Under the pieces are notes generated by a model, which saw only the letters and a list, made by a program, of their open reading frames with translations, had not been told where the DNA came from and did not search any database. Below, piece after piece: positions 1-12,963 of a stretch of 64,000 nucleotides of DNA (the stretch's first letter is position 1; every line of letters starts with the position of its first letter). Source of the DNA: Eledone cirrhosa (lineage: Eukaryota); contig OZ024742.1 of NCBI GenBank assembly GCA_964016885.1, forward strand, positions 346,208,001-346,272,000, in the 5' to 3' direction. Made by a program: the position numbers and the translations under genes.

Positions 1-390
1 GTGAATTGGCAGTACTGGTAGAGGGTCGGACATGCTTTCCAGCGTAGTTACGTCCCTTTACGATCTGAGTTCAAATCCCGCCTAGGTTTACTTTGCCTTT
101 CATCCTTACGGGGTCGATAAAATAAAGTACCAGTAATGTACTGAGATAATTGCTGGCCTTGTGCCAAAAGTAGAAACAATTATTAATATAATAAATAGTG
201 CAGTGGATTGGCAGTATCGATAGAGGGTCGGACGCCATGCTTTGTAGCATAGAGTTACGGCACTTTATGGTTTGAGTTCAAATCCCGCCGAGGTTTTCTT
301 TGCCTTTCATCCTTATGGGGTCGATAAAATAAAGTACCTGTAATGCACTGGTATAATTGCTGGCCTTGTGCCAAAAGTAGAAGCTGTTAT
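1..390 (+). mobile_element. Two tandem copies of a tRNA-derived SINE (family A)
   Basis: Two ~190-bp units with a Pol III B-box-like GAGTTCAAATCCC and the conserved body TTGCCTTTCATCCTTACGGGGTCGATAAAATAAAGTACCAG. The same body recurs many times across the window. It resembles the Meta-SINE central domain (from recall, not searched). Confidence 0.85.
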
Positions 391-833
391 TTATATAATA
401 AATGTTTTTAAATAGGTCAAATAATTAAAATAAAATAAAACAGTAATTCACCTGTGGAGCCACAAGCGTGTGTTTGATTAGCATGGATTCATTCATATTT
501 TAAGTCAACAACACGCCTCGATAGAAATTAAACGAATGAAAGAAAGACATTTTATCACTCGCAACTAATTAAAATTAAATTAACATTATATCTTATCTCA
601 AACATGAAACATTCCCAGTTTCTAAATTATACATTTTTATATTAGGTTGTAACGAAAATGTTGTCCATTCCAATAAAACAAAAAAAAAATACCATATCAG
701 ATGTATTTAACCCTAACCCTAACTCTAACCCTGACCTCAAATCTCTGAGACTCACAGAGGAGATTATGAAGAAACGCGGCAGGTGGGAAAAATGGTGTGT
801 TCAGAAGGACCCATTCAACCCATGTAATAATTA

Positions 834-916
<83 letters not shown>

Positions 917-940
917 TAAAGGTGTGACACACGAGTTGTG

Positions 941-1020
941 ATATATTGGTAAAAAGGAAAAGAAAATGCTGACAAATGTTTCACTGGGAAAAATTTGTCA
1001 GCATTTTCTTTTCCTTTTTA

Positions 1021-1029
<9 letters not shown>
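941..1029. repeat. Perfect 37-bp inverted repeat (fold-back) abutting (TA)n
   Basis: 941-977 ATATATTGGTAAAAAGGAAAAGAAAATGCTGACAAAT is the reverse complement of 993-1029; 15-nt loop. Confidence 0.9.
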
Positions 1030-1096
<67 letters not shown>

Positions 1097-1225
1097 AAGA
1101 AAGATGGATAGAAAGAGAGAGAGAGGGGGTGAGTTAGTTCCAAATTAGTAAACCACACTCGAGGACACGCGTTTTACCGATTTTCAACTTAAGTGAGGTT
1201 GCGCTGAAAACGGATAAATGGAAGC

Positions 1226-1312
<87 letters not shown>

Positions 1313-1319
1313 TAAGTAT

Positions 1320-1730
1320 GTATACGTACATACGTATATGTGTACAGACGTACAGTAGTATGTATATATATACATACATGCACACATATATATATGTACG
1401 TATGGGTTTGCCGAACACTTATTATAATGTTCGGTTTGTTTGTAAACAAACAGCCCGAATTACGCCGTAGAGTGCTCGGCAACCATCGTCGCCCTTTTGT
1501 TCAACACTGACACAGGAACGATGTACTAGTTTCAAGCTTATTAGCTATCGTCAACATCGTATACCTTTCTGTCAGATGATTGAACGTTTGAAAGTATATA
1601 CTTTCCTTATGCATATTAACGGCTAGGCAGCCTAATTTGCATATCGAGTGAGTTAGTCGGCCGGGCGTACCGAAAACGATAAATGCAAAAGAATGAAACG
1701 AAATTTCATTTCTCACTCTTAGTACGGCTG
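1320..1730 (-). mobile_element. Non-coding hammerhead-bearing repeat (family F2; PLE pseudo-LTR or retrozyme-like)
   Basis: Homologous to 39602-40064 and 40085-40463; flanked by (TA)n; contains a hammerhead at 1519-1559. Confidence 0.75.
1519..1559 (-). ncRNA. Minimal type I hammerhead ribozyme (C3U variant in this copy)
   Basis: Minus strand: CGATG-TTGACGA-t-AGCT-aata-AGCT-t-GAAA-ctag-TA-CATCG; 5-bp stem I, palindromic ACTAGT stem III. Confidence 0.75.
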
Positions 1731-2232
1731 ATACATATATATATATATATAGTAATAATAATAACTTTGAAGACTAAAATCCAAAGAGGGCTCGATAAGG
1801 AAAATATATATCAAATATATAAGAACCGTAGAGCAAATATTTATTAAAATAACAGATTAAAGTTTAAGCAAAGAATCGCTGCTTTCACCCTTAACGGGAT
1901 CTTCTGAAACTAACAAAGTCAATCTGTAAACGCAGAACTGGATATTTCAAAAAACGTTGCAACCGGAGGAAGACAGGAAGACGATACTTTGGTTCGTGGT
2001 AACGTTCGCTGGCAAAGAACGGGAAAAAACGAATAATACGTCATTAATAGGAGCGGTGAAAAACAATTACGCGCAAAGACAAAACCACGTTTATGGTATA
2101 AAAGAGGTCGTAGACTAATGTTCTCTTAGGTGGTGCATAGAGACCTTCTCTGGCAATGAACGAAAAAACGAAGATAATAAGTCATATGTGGAGCGTGGAG
2201 AACAATGAGCACTCTACTGACTTATATTCATC

Positions 2233-4362
2233 ATGCAGAAACAACATCTGAATATTTCTACAAAGAACATACCCGTACCAAGCAGGAAAACATACCTAAA
2301 ACTCCTGATACAGAAAACAGACGCGTTCATTAAAAGGTTGTGTTGGCGTGCCTTTTATTTCGATAATCCGCGAAAAGCAGACAACAAACAGGATAAATTT
2401 GGATTTAAAACTTATAATAACTCTCCATGGAACCCAGCATTGCTACCCTTCGAAAATGATGTCTTGGAACTCATTCGGAATATCAAATTTCGGAATAGGA
2501 GCAATTCCTTCCAGCTAGACCTGAAGAATAGAATTCGTTCTATTAAGGATTCTAACGCCGTGCACGTCCATTCCGACAAAACTGGCAACCTATATCAAGT
2601 GGAGCGCAGTACTTACCATCAACTACTACATAATGCTGTAACTAAGGATTACCGTAAAACTAATCGGTGCGTCATCAATGAAATCAACGATGCTGGGTTT
2701 AAAATCACATCTGATCTCAACATCCTGGACCGGACCGAACCTCTGGACCCTATCTCTCCCCACTTTACCCTGAAGGATCACAAATCCAATTTTCCGAACA
2801 ACCCCTCTATTCGGCTTATTAACCCTACGAAGTCCGATTTAGGTAGACTTAGTAAAACGATTCTTGATAGAATTATACCTGAAATTAGAAGTTTGGCCCC
2901 TCTCGCACTGTGGAACAATTCTTTCGCGGTGATTGATTGGTTCAACGGCATATGTAACAAGGAACATTGCCGATTTATCCAATTCGACATCAACAATTAC
3001 TACTCCTCCATCACTTTACCACTTCTCCTTAGAGCTATCAATTTCGCTAAAACACTCACAGTGGTTAAGGATTTTGAAGTTGATGTCATCCTTAATGCTC
3101 GAAAGTCGGTGATTAATTTCGACGACTCTATTTGGATTAAAAAATCCAATAGTACCCCATTCGACGTGAGTATGGGCGCCAGTGACTCTGCGGAGGTTAC
3201 TGATCTTATTGGCCTTTTCCTTCTTTTCTCTATCAAGGACGAATTCCCCAACGCGGGCGGTGGTTTGTACCGTGACGATGGTCTTTTGACCATGACTAAG
3301 TGCGGACCTCGTGCTTGCGACAGGTTCAGAAAAGAACTCACAGCCTTCTTTAAAGGCTTCAACCTCTCTATACAGGTTGAGGCCAATCTCTCGGTCGTTA
3401 ATTACCTCGACGTTACCCTCAATTTATTTAATGGGTTGTATTACCCGTATAGAAAGCCGAATGATACGCTTAATTACATAAGTAAGCATTCCAACCATCC
3501 TGCCAGCATAACCAAGAACCTGGTAAGAAACGTTTCGTTGAGGCTATCCCGTCTTTCCACCAACGAGGGCATTTTCAACGACCATTCCACTTATTACAAT
3601 GAAGCTCTTGCTCGAAGTGGATTTGTCGATAAGGTAGCATATACAGAGTACGAAAATAGACCTAGAAGAAATAGATCCCGTCGCATTTGTTGGTTTAACC
3701 CACCATATAATATGGAGGTGGCCACACCATTAGCTAAGATCTTTCTTTCCCTTATTACGAAGCATTTTCCCCCTACACATAAACATAGTAAAATTGTTAA
3801 TAGAAATACTATTAAAATTTCTTACTCTACGACTCATAACCTTGCACATAACATCACAGCTTCAAATTTAGCTAAACTACCTAGCCGTAGGAACACGTGC
3901 AACCCTGTAGTTAGTACTAACTGTAATTGTAGGAATCGGGCTGATTGCCCCCTATCCGGGAAATGCCTTTCTAGTAACATTGTCTACAAATGTAAGGTTG
4001 TAACACCCACGTCCCGTAGGGCCTACATAGGGTTAACCGCCAATAGTTTCAAGCAGCGTCTTTACATGCATACCCATTCTTTTCGTTACCCTCTAAGAAG
4101 GAATATGACGTCACTTTCAACTTATATCTGGAGTCTAAAAGACAATCACACCCAATATAAGTTACACTGGGAGATCCTAGCTAGGGCTAGATCGTATAAC
4201 GGAAATAAAAGACCATGTGACCTCTGCGCCGCTGAGGCCCTGGAAATACTCTACGCTACAGACCACATCTTAAACAAAAAATCTGAGGCAATTTCGGCTT
4301 GTAAACATAAATTGCACAAAACTTTCCTGTATTACAGCCCCACGTTATACCCTAACGGATAG
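2233..4362 (+). CDS. PLE reverse transcriptase + C-terminal GIY-YIG endonuclease (709 aa, uninterrupted)
   Basis: N-terminal KNIPVPS...IKRLCWRAF; SDKTGN; RT motifs FDINNYY, VSMGA, YRDDG, YLDVT; CNCRNRADCPLSGKC (CxCx5C); NIVY...YIG...R endonuclease motif; C-terminal CDLC...CKH. Confidence 0.93.
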   Translation: MQKQHLNISTKNIPVPSRKTYLKLLIQKTDAFIKRLCWRAFYFDNPRKADNKQDKFGFKTYNNSPWNPALLPFENDVLELIRNIKFRNRSNSFQLDLKNRIRSIKDSNAVHVHSDKTGNLYQVERSTYHQLLHNAVTKDYRKTNRCVINEINDAGFKITSDLNILDRTEPLDPISPHFTLKDHKSNFPNNPSIRLINPTKSDLGRLSKTILDRIIPEIRSLAPLALWNNSFAVIDWFNGICNKEHCRFIQFDINNYYSSITLPLLLRAINFAKTLTVVKDFEVDVILNARKSVINFDDSIWIKKSNSTPFDVSMGASDSAEVTDLIGLFLLFSIKDEFPNAGGGLYRDDGLLTMTKCGPRACDRFRKELTAFFKGFNLSIQVEANLSVVNYLDVTLNLFNGLYYPYRKPNDTLNYISKHSNHPASITKNLVRNVSLRLSRLSTNEGIFNDHSTYYNEALARSGFVDKVAYTEYENRPRRNRSRRICWFNPPYNMEVATPLAKIFLSLITKHFPPTHKHSKIVNRNTIKISYSTTHNLAHNITASNLAKLPSRRNTCNPVVSTNCNCRNRADCPLSGKCLSSNIVYKCKVVTPTSRRAYIGLTANSFKQRLYMHTHSFRYPLRRNMTSLSTYIWSLKDNHTQYKLHWEILARARSYNGNKRPCDLCAAEALEILYATDHILNKKSEAISACKHKLHKTFLYYSPTLYPNG

Positions 4363-4443
4363 CACGATCTATACGTGGATATTTTACGTCTTGATGTGGG
4401 AGCTAAGTATATGTTTTGTTTATTCCTTTACTTATTTGTATAG

Positions 4444-5176
4444 GTAAGTATATATTACCCGTATGTTTTGTGAAGGTATGTATACCTTCTCGTACGTATA
4501 TTTGACTGTTATAGCGTATATTTTTTACATATTCTGGTATTTGGGTTTGGCTATGTGTATACGGGTGTTTTGCGTCCGCGTGAGTGTGCAGGTTCGTACG
4601 TATGGTGGGTGTGTGTATATGTGTACTTCTTGTTTTAGTTGACTTACGTCTCCGAACATTCGTGTATTTATATGTAGGTATGCGTGTGCACTTGTTATAT
4701 ACGTATTTATTTACTTATATACGTTTATATAATTATTTATTTATTTGTACACAAGCATACACACACACACATATTTATATGTGCGTGGTTTTGTATACCC
4801 ATGGTAAGGTTTTGTACGTATCTGTTTGCGTGTATGTATTTATTTGTTTCTATTACTTCTGTATTGTATTTATTTACTTTGTTCTTAACTCTGTAGCGGA
4901 GATTCATTTGGTCTCCTAGTTAGAATTTTAGTCTACGATTTCTGCTATACCATTTACGTGGTTTTGTCTTTGCGTGCTATTGTTCTCCACGCTCCACATA
5001 TGACTTATTATCTTCGTTTTTTCGTTCATTGCCAGAGAAGGTCTCTATGCACCACCTAAGAGAACATTAGTCTACGACCTCTTTTATACCATAAACGTGG
5101 TTTTGTCTTTGCGCGTAATTGTTTTTCACCGCTCCTATTAATGACGTATTATTCGTTTTTTCCCGTTCTTTGCCAG
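4444..5176 (+). other. Spliceosomal-type intron in the PLE-1 3' region
   Basis: Donor AG|GTAAGT at 4444, acceptor TTTTTTCCCGTTCTTTGCCAG| at 5176; exactly this segment is missing in the copy at 10903-11413. Confidence 0.75.
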
Positions 5177-5273
5177 CGAACGTTACCACGAACCAAAGTA
5201 TCGTCTTCCTGTCTTCCTCAGGTTGCAACGTATTTTGAAATATCCAGTTCTGCGTTTACAGATTGACTTTGTT

Positions 5274-5324
5274 AGTTTCAGAAGATCCCGTTAAGGGTGA
5301 AAGCAGCGATTCTTTGCTTAAACT
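5274..5324 (+). ncRNA. Type I hammerhead ribozyme of the PLE-1 pseudo-LTR, U4A core (also 1861-1911 - and 11017-11067 -)
   Basis: AGTTT-CAGAAGA-t-CCC-gttaa-GGG-t-GAAA-GCA-gcgattctt-TGC-TT-AAACT. Confidence 0.7.
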
Positions 5325-5340
5325 TTAATCTGTTATTTTA

Positions 5341-5380
<40 letters not shown>

Positions 5381-6120
5381 ATTAGAATTGGTGCTCAAAA
5401 ATAGCGATATATATATGAATGTATATACAGTGTATTTTGCAATACACTGTGTGCTTAATTAAAAGCATTTTGATCACCATACGCTATTGTTTTAAAATAC
5501 TGATAATATCACTTATTTAAATTTTCACCAAACGGGAGAGATAAACTACTCGCCTGTGAGCTCTGTATCATGTATTAATTTCTCCCTCCGCTTTCTGATA
5601 TATTTTCTCTTGCTACAAGGGAACCAGTCCTTTTTCTTGACCGATGTATCACGTTTTAATTCGTCTCTCCGCCTATAGAGATGTTCTCACTTGCTGCAAA
5701 CGCATCTGGAAAACAGGCCTTTTCTCTGAGGTGTTTCTTGACAAGCTGATTTGCTTCACAACGATGGTGCATTTCTATAATGCACAATTTTTAATGTGGA
5801 TCAGCGAAACTGTCTATTATGTCCTATTAATTTTATATATATATATATATGAACGTATGTATAATGTATGTATAGTATATTTGATAATATACGGTATGTT
5901 TAATTAAGAATTATGAATTTGAAAGTGGTGACTATGTCACTTACTTATTCTCGGCAAAAACAAAGCGGAGTAATTGACTCTCCTGTTTCTCGATCATTAG
6001 TAGCGGTTATCAAGACTACTGACCCCTTCGTTTCTGCCGAGATTTATAGAAGATAGATTCTTAGAGAATTCCAGTAATGCCTTAACAGCTGATTAAACAG
6101 ATATATATATATAGGAGATT

Positions 6121-6280
6121 GTTTAACCCCGGCGGCAGAGCTCGAGCCGTTTCGACGGCTATTTCTGGACTGAAATAGCCGTCGAAACCGCTTGAGCTCT
6201 GCCGTCGGGGTTAAACGTTCTCCTATTACCCACTCTACTACCCTAAGTATTGAGTACTCTGGTGCGTTATGGTCCATCTG
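6121..6280. mobile_element. Fold-back fragment of hammerhead family F7
   Basis: About 45-bp inverted arms (6121-6165 / 6172-6216) carrying GAAAc(c/g)gc...gccGTC, the 3' half of a hammerhead; 6230-6280 matches 39471-39520 in reverse complement. Confidence 0.75.
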
Positions 6281-7234
6281 GTTCCTTACCACATTTCTTT
6301 CGTTATATTTATATATATAAGCGGGTATATATATATGTATATATATAAGCTTGTATGTGTGTATGTATGTGTGTGTTCTCCAGTTTATGATACACACCTC
6401 ACCTCTCCGGATATTTCTCAAGATGCTACTTCAAACAGTTATCTTCCCGCTCAGGAGTTTTAATTCTAAATTTTGCATCTTTTGTGAAGTGGTCTGTTAG
6501 AACTATCATCAATTCTAAATAAATACATCATTTTTTTCTCAGCACGAAAGCTTAGAATGCATTACTGTATTTAAACTTAAAGTATATTTTATTTATTCTG
6601 TTTTTTTTTGTTGTTTTTTTTTATATTTTTATTTTTGTTTGTTTTTTCCGTCTTCCATAAATTGTACATATTCTTTATTTTATCATACCTGGAAAATCTA
6701 ATTCAAACACAGCATCCCAAACAAGCTCAGCATTATTTTCTGTAACAAAATCTTTAATTGGAAAAATGTGAGTGAAATATATATTTTATCAACGCTTTGA
6801 AAACATTGAAAATATTGTAGACTATTATGTCATGTGTAAAAAAATTCAAATATATGCAAACATCGAGGCTGGCGTTATTAAATGGAATGTTGTTTTCGTT
6901 TAAGCTGAAATAAATGTCTCTTTAAACAGTATATTCTTAAAAGGACAGTGTTTACTTAGATATAACTGGATGATTCTTATTCATAATTCTTTTACTGGTG
7001 TCATTCGACTGTTGCCGTGTGGGGCACCACTTTACTTTTAAATGATCGCATCATCATCACCACCACCATCATCACCACCACTACCACCACCACCACCACC
7101 ACGCCCGAGCCATCTTGTTTTCAAGTCTGGAACTATTTTATTTATCTCTTTGTTGTCAAACCGCTTGGTTACGGGACATAAATATATACATAAGCGTAAA
7201 CGTCACACACATACACACACATGCACACAAACAT

Positions 7235-7304
<70 letters not shown>

Positions 7305-8128
7305 GTATGTGTGTATGTAAATATTATATAATAATTGTTACTATTTTTGGCACAAGGCCAGCAATTACCCAGTGCATTACTGGTACTTTATTTTATCGAC
7401 CCCACAAGGATGAAAGGCAAAGTTAACCTCGAGGGGATTTGAACTCAGAATGGCAAGGGCCGTAGCTCTATGCGTCAAAGCATGGCGTCCGACCCTCATC
7501 ATGATGTTTATTCACACGTAACGCGCGTTTCAGGATCGATCAACTCAATGTACGATTGGTAATGATTGTGCCCGACTCTGGAATTGATAGTTCATCTGAC
7601 TTGTGGATTCTCTACCAAATACAGCAAAGCTTTCTATCAAACGTTCTTGCCGCTCCACCACCTTAGTCCGCCCTATAGATATTGAAAATGTATTAATTTA
7701 TTAGGCTTTCCCCACCCTCCTCTCTGTCAAATCTTATACCAGAAGAGTATTGAATGGGATGGACCTCCATCAGTTTCGACGATGAATATTCCAGTTGTTC
7801 GATTAACGGAAGAGCCTGCTCATAAAATTAACGTGTAATTAGCTGAGCATTCCAGGCACGTGTACCCATAATATAATTCTCAAGTGGATTCCGTGGGATA
7901 CAGTGTATGTCATGGTTGGTCGTTTGAATTAAAGGTACAGTAATCCATCCGATGGGCTTCCAAACAGTTTCCGCCTACCCAATTTCATTCACAGAGCATG
8001 GGTCAGTCCAAGGTTATGCTAAATTACATATAACCAAGATGTAACGCAGTGGATTCGAATTCGGGACCTAATGCTTGCGAAACGAACTTCTTAACTATTC
8101 GGCACCAGTTTTTAATACACCTCTTTAC

Positions 8129-8485
8129 AGATACAGAAAATGTTATATTCACAGGCCCCTCCTTCCTATTCAATCTTGTCTGAAGATTTTGTGTAGCTGA
8201 GGAACGAATATTTCTTAAACATGTCCACACAAGAAGACCCAATTGCTTCTCCGACCTCATATACCTAATTAAAACATCTAATTAAAACATCCAATACTGA
8301 ACTACTTTTGATTTATGACAACAGTGACGACTTCATAAGATAATGTTGGCTGTTGCATTACTAAACCTCACCGTTTTTCCATTGGAATATACAGATTTGA
8401 ATGAACATCACATGAATAAATGATCTTATTCAGATTGGCCACTGTAGCTAATCCAGGCAACAGTTCATCAAATATTGAATACAGG
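8129..8485 (-). CDS. Candidate host-gene exon pair (8485-8372 and 8264-~8129), product unknown
   Basis: ttctcag|exon LYSIFDELLPGLATVANLNKIIYSCDVHSNLYIPMEK-CG|gtgagg ... ttttaattag|G-YMRSEKQLGLLVWTCLRNIRSSATQNLQTRLNRKEGP. Phases are compatible and the DNA is non-repetitive, but no recognisable homology; the 3' donor is ambiguous. Confidence 0.3.
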
Positions 8486-8856
8486 CTGAGAATTGATTTA
8501 CAGTTCACTTATAATGAACGGAATGTCAAACAATACAATCTTTTATGTTCCTTATTGAAAGTTTGTCCAAAACGGCGTTTGTACATCACTGATTATTAGT
8601 TTCTTAGTTAGGCACAAGGACAGCAGTTATTATTATTTTCTTTTTGAAGGGTGGTGGATTGGCAGTATCGGTAGAGGGACGGGCGCCATGCTTTGACGCA
8701 TAGAGTTACGGCCCTTACCATTCTGTGTTCAAATCCCGCCGAGGTTAACTTTGCCTTTCATCCTTACGGGGTCGATAAAATAAAGTACCAGTAATTTTCT
8801 TTTTGTGGTAGAAAACCTATCAAATCGATCCCTAGTATTCTACTGGTACTTTAATT

Positions 8857-9021
8857 TGTGTATATAAACCCAACAGTTGGGTATATAATCTCTGGAGTTG
8901 TGTATATAATCCCTGGAGTTGGGTATATAATCCCTGCTGTTGGGTATATAATCCCTGCAGTTGGGTATATAATCCCTGCAGTTGGGCGTATAATCCTTGC
9001 AGTTGGGTATATAAACCCTGG
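8857..9021. repeat. 21-bp minisatellite (~8 copies)
   Basis: Unit TGGGTATATAATCCCTGCAGT. Confidence 0.9.
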
Positions 9022-9147
9022 AGACGGAAAATATTTATACAACACTGCTTTCTGTCACTCAATGGTTCTAAAAATAGATTGTTTAGTTATATCTTGGTTC
9101 AAGATGGTGTAGGACAGAACAAAGGAGAGATACAAAATAACAAATTA

Positions 9148-9190
9148 GTGACTGATGATGTCACAGAAAGTGTGACGAAAGAGCTTTGAC
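9148..9190 (+). ncRNA. Minimal hammerhead ribozyme (family F3) in a PLE pseudo-LTR remnant (~9100-9295)
   Basis: gtga-CTGATGA-t-GTCACA-gaaag-TGTGAC-GAAA-gagc-TT-tgac; a homologous degenerate copy lies at 40725-40767 (-). Confidence 0.7.
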
Positions 9191-9299
9191 AATAAATAAA
9201 CAGCCACCCAGTTATTAAAACAACCAACTGGAAATTTGTAATAATTTGAAGTGAAATCCAACAGGTGCGTGTGTTTTATATTGACAGCATAATCCTATA

Positions 9300-9670
9300 C
9301 TATTCATACATTCATATATACATCGCTATTTCAGAGCATTAATCCTAATACTTAATTTTTGCTGGATCGGCAATCGCTCTGTATAATCAGCTGCTGATTA
9401 TTACTGAAATTCTATAAGAATCCTGTTTCTATAATTTGCGGCAAAAGCAGGGGGTCCGTATCTTTATGATCGCCAACAGCGTGAAACAGACTGTCAGCTT
9501 CTCTCCCTTCTTTCGCCGAAAAGAAGTAAGTGACATAGTCACTACTTTAAAACTGATAGCATATGGTTTTCTAAATGTTTTTCAATTAAACATACGGTAT
9601 ATTGCCAAATATACTATACATACATTCATGTATACATCGCATCGCTATTTAAGAGCACCAATCCTAATAT
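9300..9670 (+). mobile_element. Dispersed non-coding repeat with short direct terminal repeats (also ~5375-5530 - and 28568-28905 +)
   Basis: Shared blocks TACATTCATATATA..GCTATTTCAGAGC and GCTCTGTATAATCAG; near (TA)n tracts. Confidence 0.6.
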
Positions 9671-9689
9671 ATATATATATAAATTAATA

Positions 9690-10830
9690 AAAACAATGAA
9701 TAAAAACAAAGAACAAGTTCCTTATATTAAAAATTTTCATCATTTTACGATCGTTTCTAGGATATATATGTGTGTTGGTATGTATATCATATAGATCTAT
9801 GTAAAAATATTACAAATTATCAGAGGAAATATACATACCTACACATATATATGCTGTCTTCAGAAATGATGAGATTTGTTTATTGAAAAAACCAACAAAG
9901 ATTTAATATAATAGGTCTGTTTGGGAACAGGTTTTGAATTGACCAATAGAAAAGTAGTAAGAGGTCAAGTTGATAGAATAGTAGTAGTAGAAATTTAATT
10001 TAGGGGTAGAGGGGTGCAGACTTATGTTTTGAATGGAAAGAATACTTTGAATGAAAAGAATACTTTGACTGAAAAGAATTCTTTAATAACATCTAATTCT
10101 TATTTATCACATCCATATGAAGTAATATAAATTTATCCCTATAAGTATACCTATCAATTAATTTAATTTCTTGATATAGATCTAGATTCATTGTGGTTTA
10201 AATAAGATTGGTATTTCTCACTTACCCTAAAATTTTACTTTCCTTCGTTTTTAACACTATTCTTTAATAAGATCAAATTTTCGTGTACCCTTCACCGGCT
10301 TGACCTCTTTTCATCCCCAAAGTATTCTTTTCATTCAAAGTATTCTTTCTATTCAAAACATAAGTCTGCACCCCTCTACCCCTAAATTACATTTCTACTA
10401 CTACTATTCTATCAACTTGACCTCTAAGTACTTTTCTATTGGTCAATTCAAAACCTGTTCCCAAACAGACCTATTATATTAAATCTTTGTTGGTTTTTTT
10501 CAATAAACAAATCTCATCATTTCTGAAGACAGCATATATATGTGTAGGTATGTATATTTCCTCTGAAAGTTTGTAATATTTTTACATAGATCTATATGAT
10601 ATACATACCAACACACATATATATACTAGAAACGATCGTAAAATGATGAATTTTTTAATATAAGGAACTTGTTCTTTGTTTTTATTCATTGTTTTTTTTT
10701 TATTTATCTTAACTCTGTTTTCCTATGATTTTCATCGAAAACTTTTGAATGCATCTTCTCTTTTCATGATATTTGGATTACATTGAGGTCTTCATACGGA
10801 TTGGACACTACCGTATATTTTGGTAGATGT
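9690..10830. mobile_element. Fold-back PLE-type remnant (family F4): ~380-bp inverted arms plus tail
   Basis: 9690-10067 is the reverse complement of ~10318-10695; the right arm continues ~135 nt to (TA)n; each arm carries a hammerhead. Confidence 0.85.
10514..10649 (+). ncRNA. Type I hammerhead with very long stem II (mirror copy 9737-9872 -)
   Basis: TCATCATTT-CTGAAGA-[~100-nt hairpin atatatatgtgt..ggtatgtatat / atatacatacc..acacatatatat]-GAAA-cgatcg-TA-AAATGATGA; 9-bp stem I, palindromic ACGATCGT stem III. Confidence 0.85.
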
Positions 10831-10834
10831 ATCT

Positions 10835-11513
<679 letters not shown>

Positions 11514-11697
11514 AACATGTCCAGCTGCAATTCCACGATTTAAATCCAAACAACCTCCAAGTATTAAACATCAATATAATATTTTAAATGCTTTACTTAT
11601 TAGTTATATATCACTCCTACATACACAGCATTGCCTTTCCATAAAGAGTTGTTATAGCGTGGGATTAAAGAAAACATTCACCGTTGCTGCTAACACT

Positions 11698-11737
<40 letters not shown>

Positions 11738-12849
11738 CACACACACACACAAACATACACAACACACACATACACACACAACTCATACACAACACACATA
11801 TACACACAACTCGTACACACCTCATACACAACACACATACATACACACTCGTGGACATAAACTCTTGCCACCCCGTTTCCCGACCGATGTTTTATACGAT
11901 ATATACAACTATTAATTGCTGATTTGGGAGAAATAAAAGATACAGTTTGACTGCTGGGCATATTTATGGATAGTTTTAATCAATATGTATTGGGAATAAG
12001 ATTTACCCTACATGTTTATATTTTTACCAATAGAATATTAAATATTTTTCTGTTGAGCAATAAACCATTAAAGATGCTGTGTTTCCGATGTGGGAAAATA
12101 ACTGACCTATATTAGATTTATACATTATTAAATTCCTCCTAACTATGAATTAGACATGCTATATAGGGTCCTGCTGTAGAATATCAATGATGCAGTGAAA
12201 TTTGAAATCAATAAAAACCATCTCAGCTATCTAATAGAATTAGATACACGCCTATGCATGATTTGTCTGGTTTTCTAATAACCTATGCAATAAATGTTAA
12301 TTTCTGTGCGTGTGTTCGCATGGTTTTCTGCTTTCGGTTAATATAAGTATTGCACTAAGTTATTGGTTTTTAATTTAGGCACAAGGCCAGTAAATTTAGA
12401 TGAAGGGCATATGTGATTAAATCAACCTCAGTACATTACAGTTACTTTATTTTTTCGACCCTGGAAGGAGGAAAGGCAAAGTTCACCTTGGCCGGATTTG
12501 AATACAGAACGTAAATAACTAGAGCAAATACCACAAAGTTATTTTATCCGACGCTCTACCGGTTCTGCCAATTTAGCATCCCTTTGTACTCAAGTATTAA
12601 AGTAAACAGCAAAATCAAATATGTCATGGCAAGTTCGTATCGTTCCCCTGCCATGAAAGAAATTTTGCCTTTTAATTCCAGATTGAGATATCATAGCTTT
12701 GATACTATGGACATGGGGTTAGAATGTATCAGGAAAGAATCGTTGGACAGATTTCACGGGCAAAACCAACAGGCAGGTGCTTGGCTGGTCTTTCTTGGGA
12801 TCCAGCCGCATCAGTTTGAGATGGTTGCTTCTGACAGAGACTCTCTCGG

Positions 12850-12963
12850 GAAGAAGAAGAAGAAGAAGAAGAAGAAGAAGAAGAAGAAGAAGAAGAAGAA
12901 GAAGAAGAAGAAGAAGAAGAAGAAGAAGAAGAAGAAGAAGAAGAAGAAGAAGAAGAAGAAGAA
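12850..12963. repeat. (GAA)n microsatellite (second one at 58258-58375)
   Basis: Pure triplet repeat. Confidence 0.95.

Larger units (their letters stand above)
1751..5348 (+). mobile_element. Penelope-like retroelement 1 (PLE-1) with inverted pseudo-LTR, inserted in (TA)n
   Basis: RT + GIY-YIG ORF. About 1836-2206 is the reverse complement of about 4979-5348; the left arm has an extra ~85-nt tail (1751-1835). (TA)n on both sides. Confidence 0.93.

Noticed and set aside
1-390. tRNA genes
   Set aside because: B-box-like motifs are present but there is no cloverleaf; each is followed by the SINE body.
708-737. Telomere or telomeric junction
   Set aside because: Only ~5 degenerate TAACCC units, internal; common as interstitial or transposon-borne repeats.
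7555-7612. Phase-bridging minus-strand exon (RIHKSDELSIPESGTIITN)
   Set aside because: The sequence aligns with a decayed SINE-A copy and the donor is weak.
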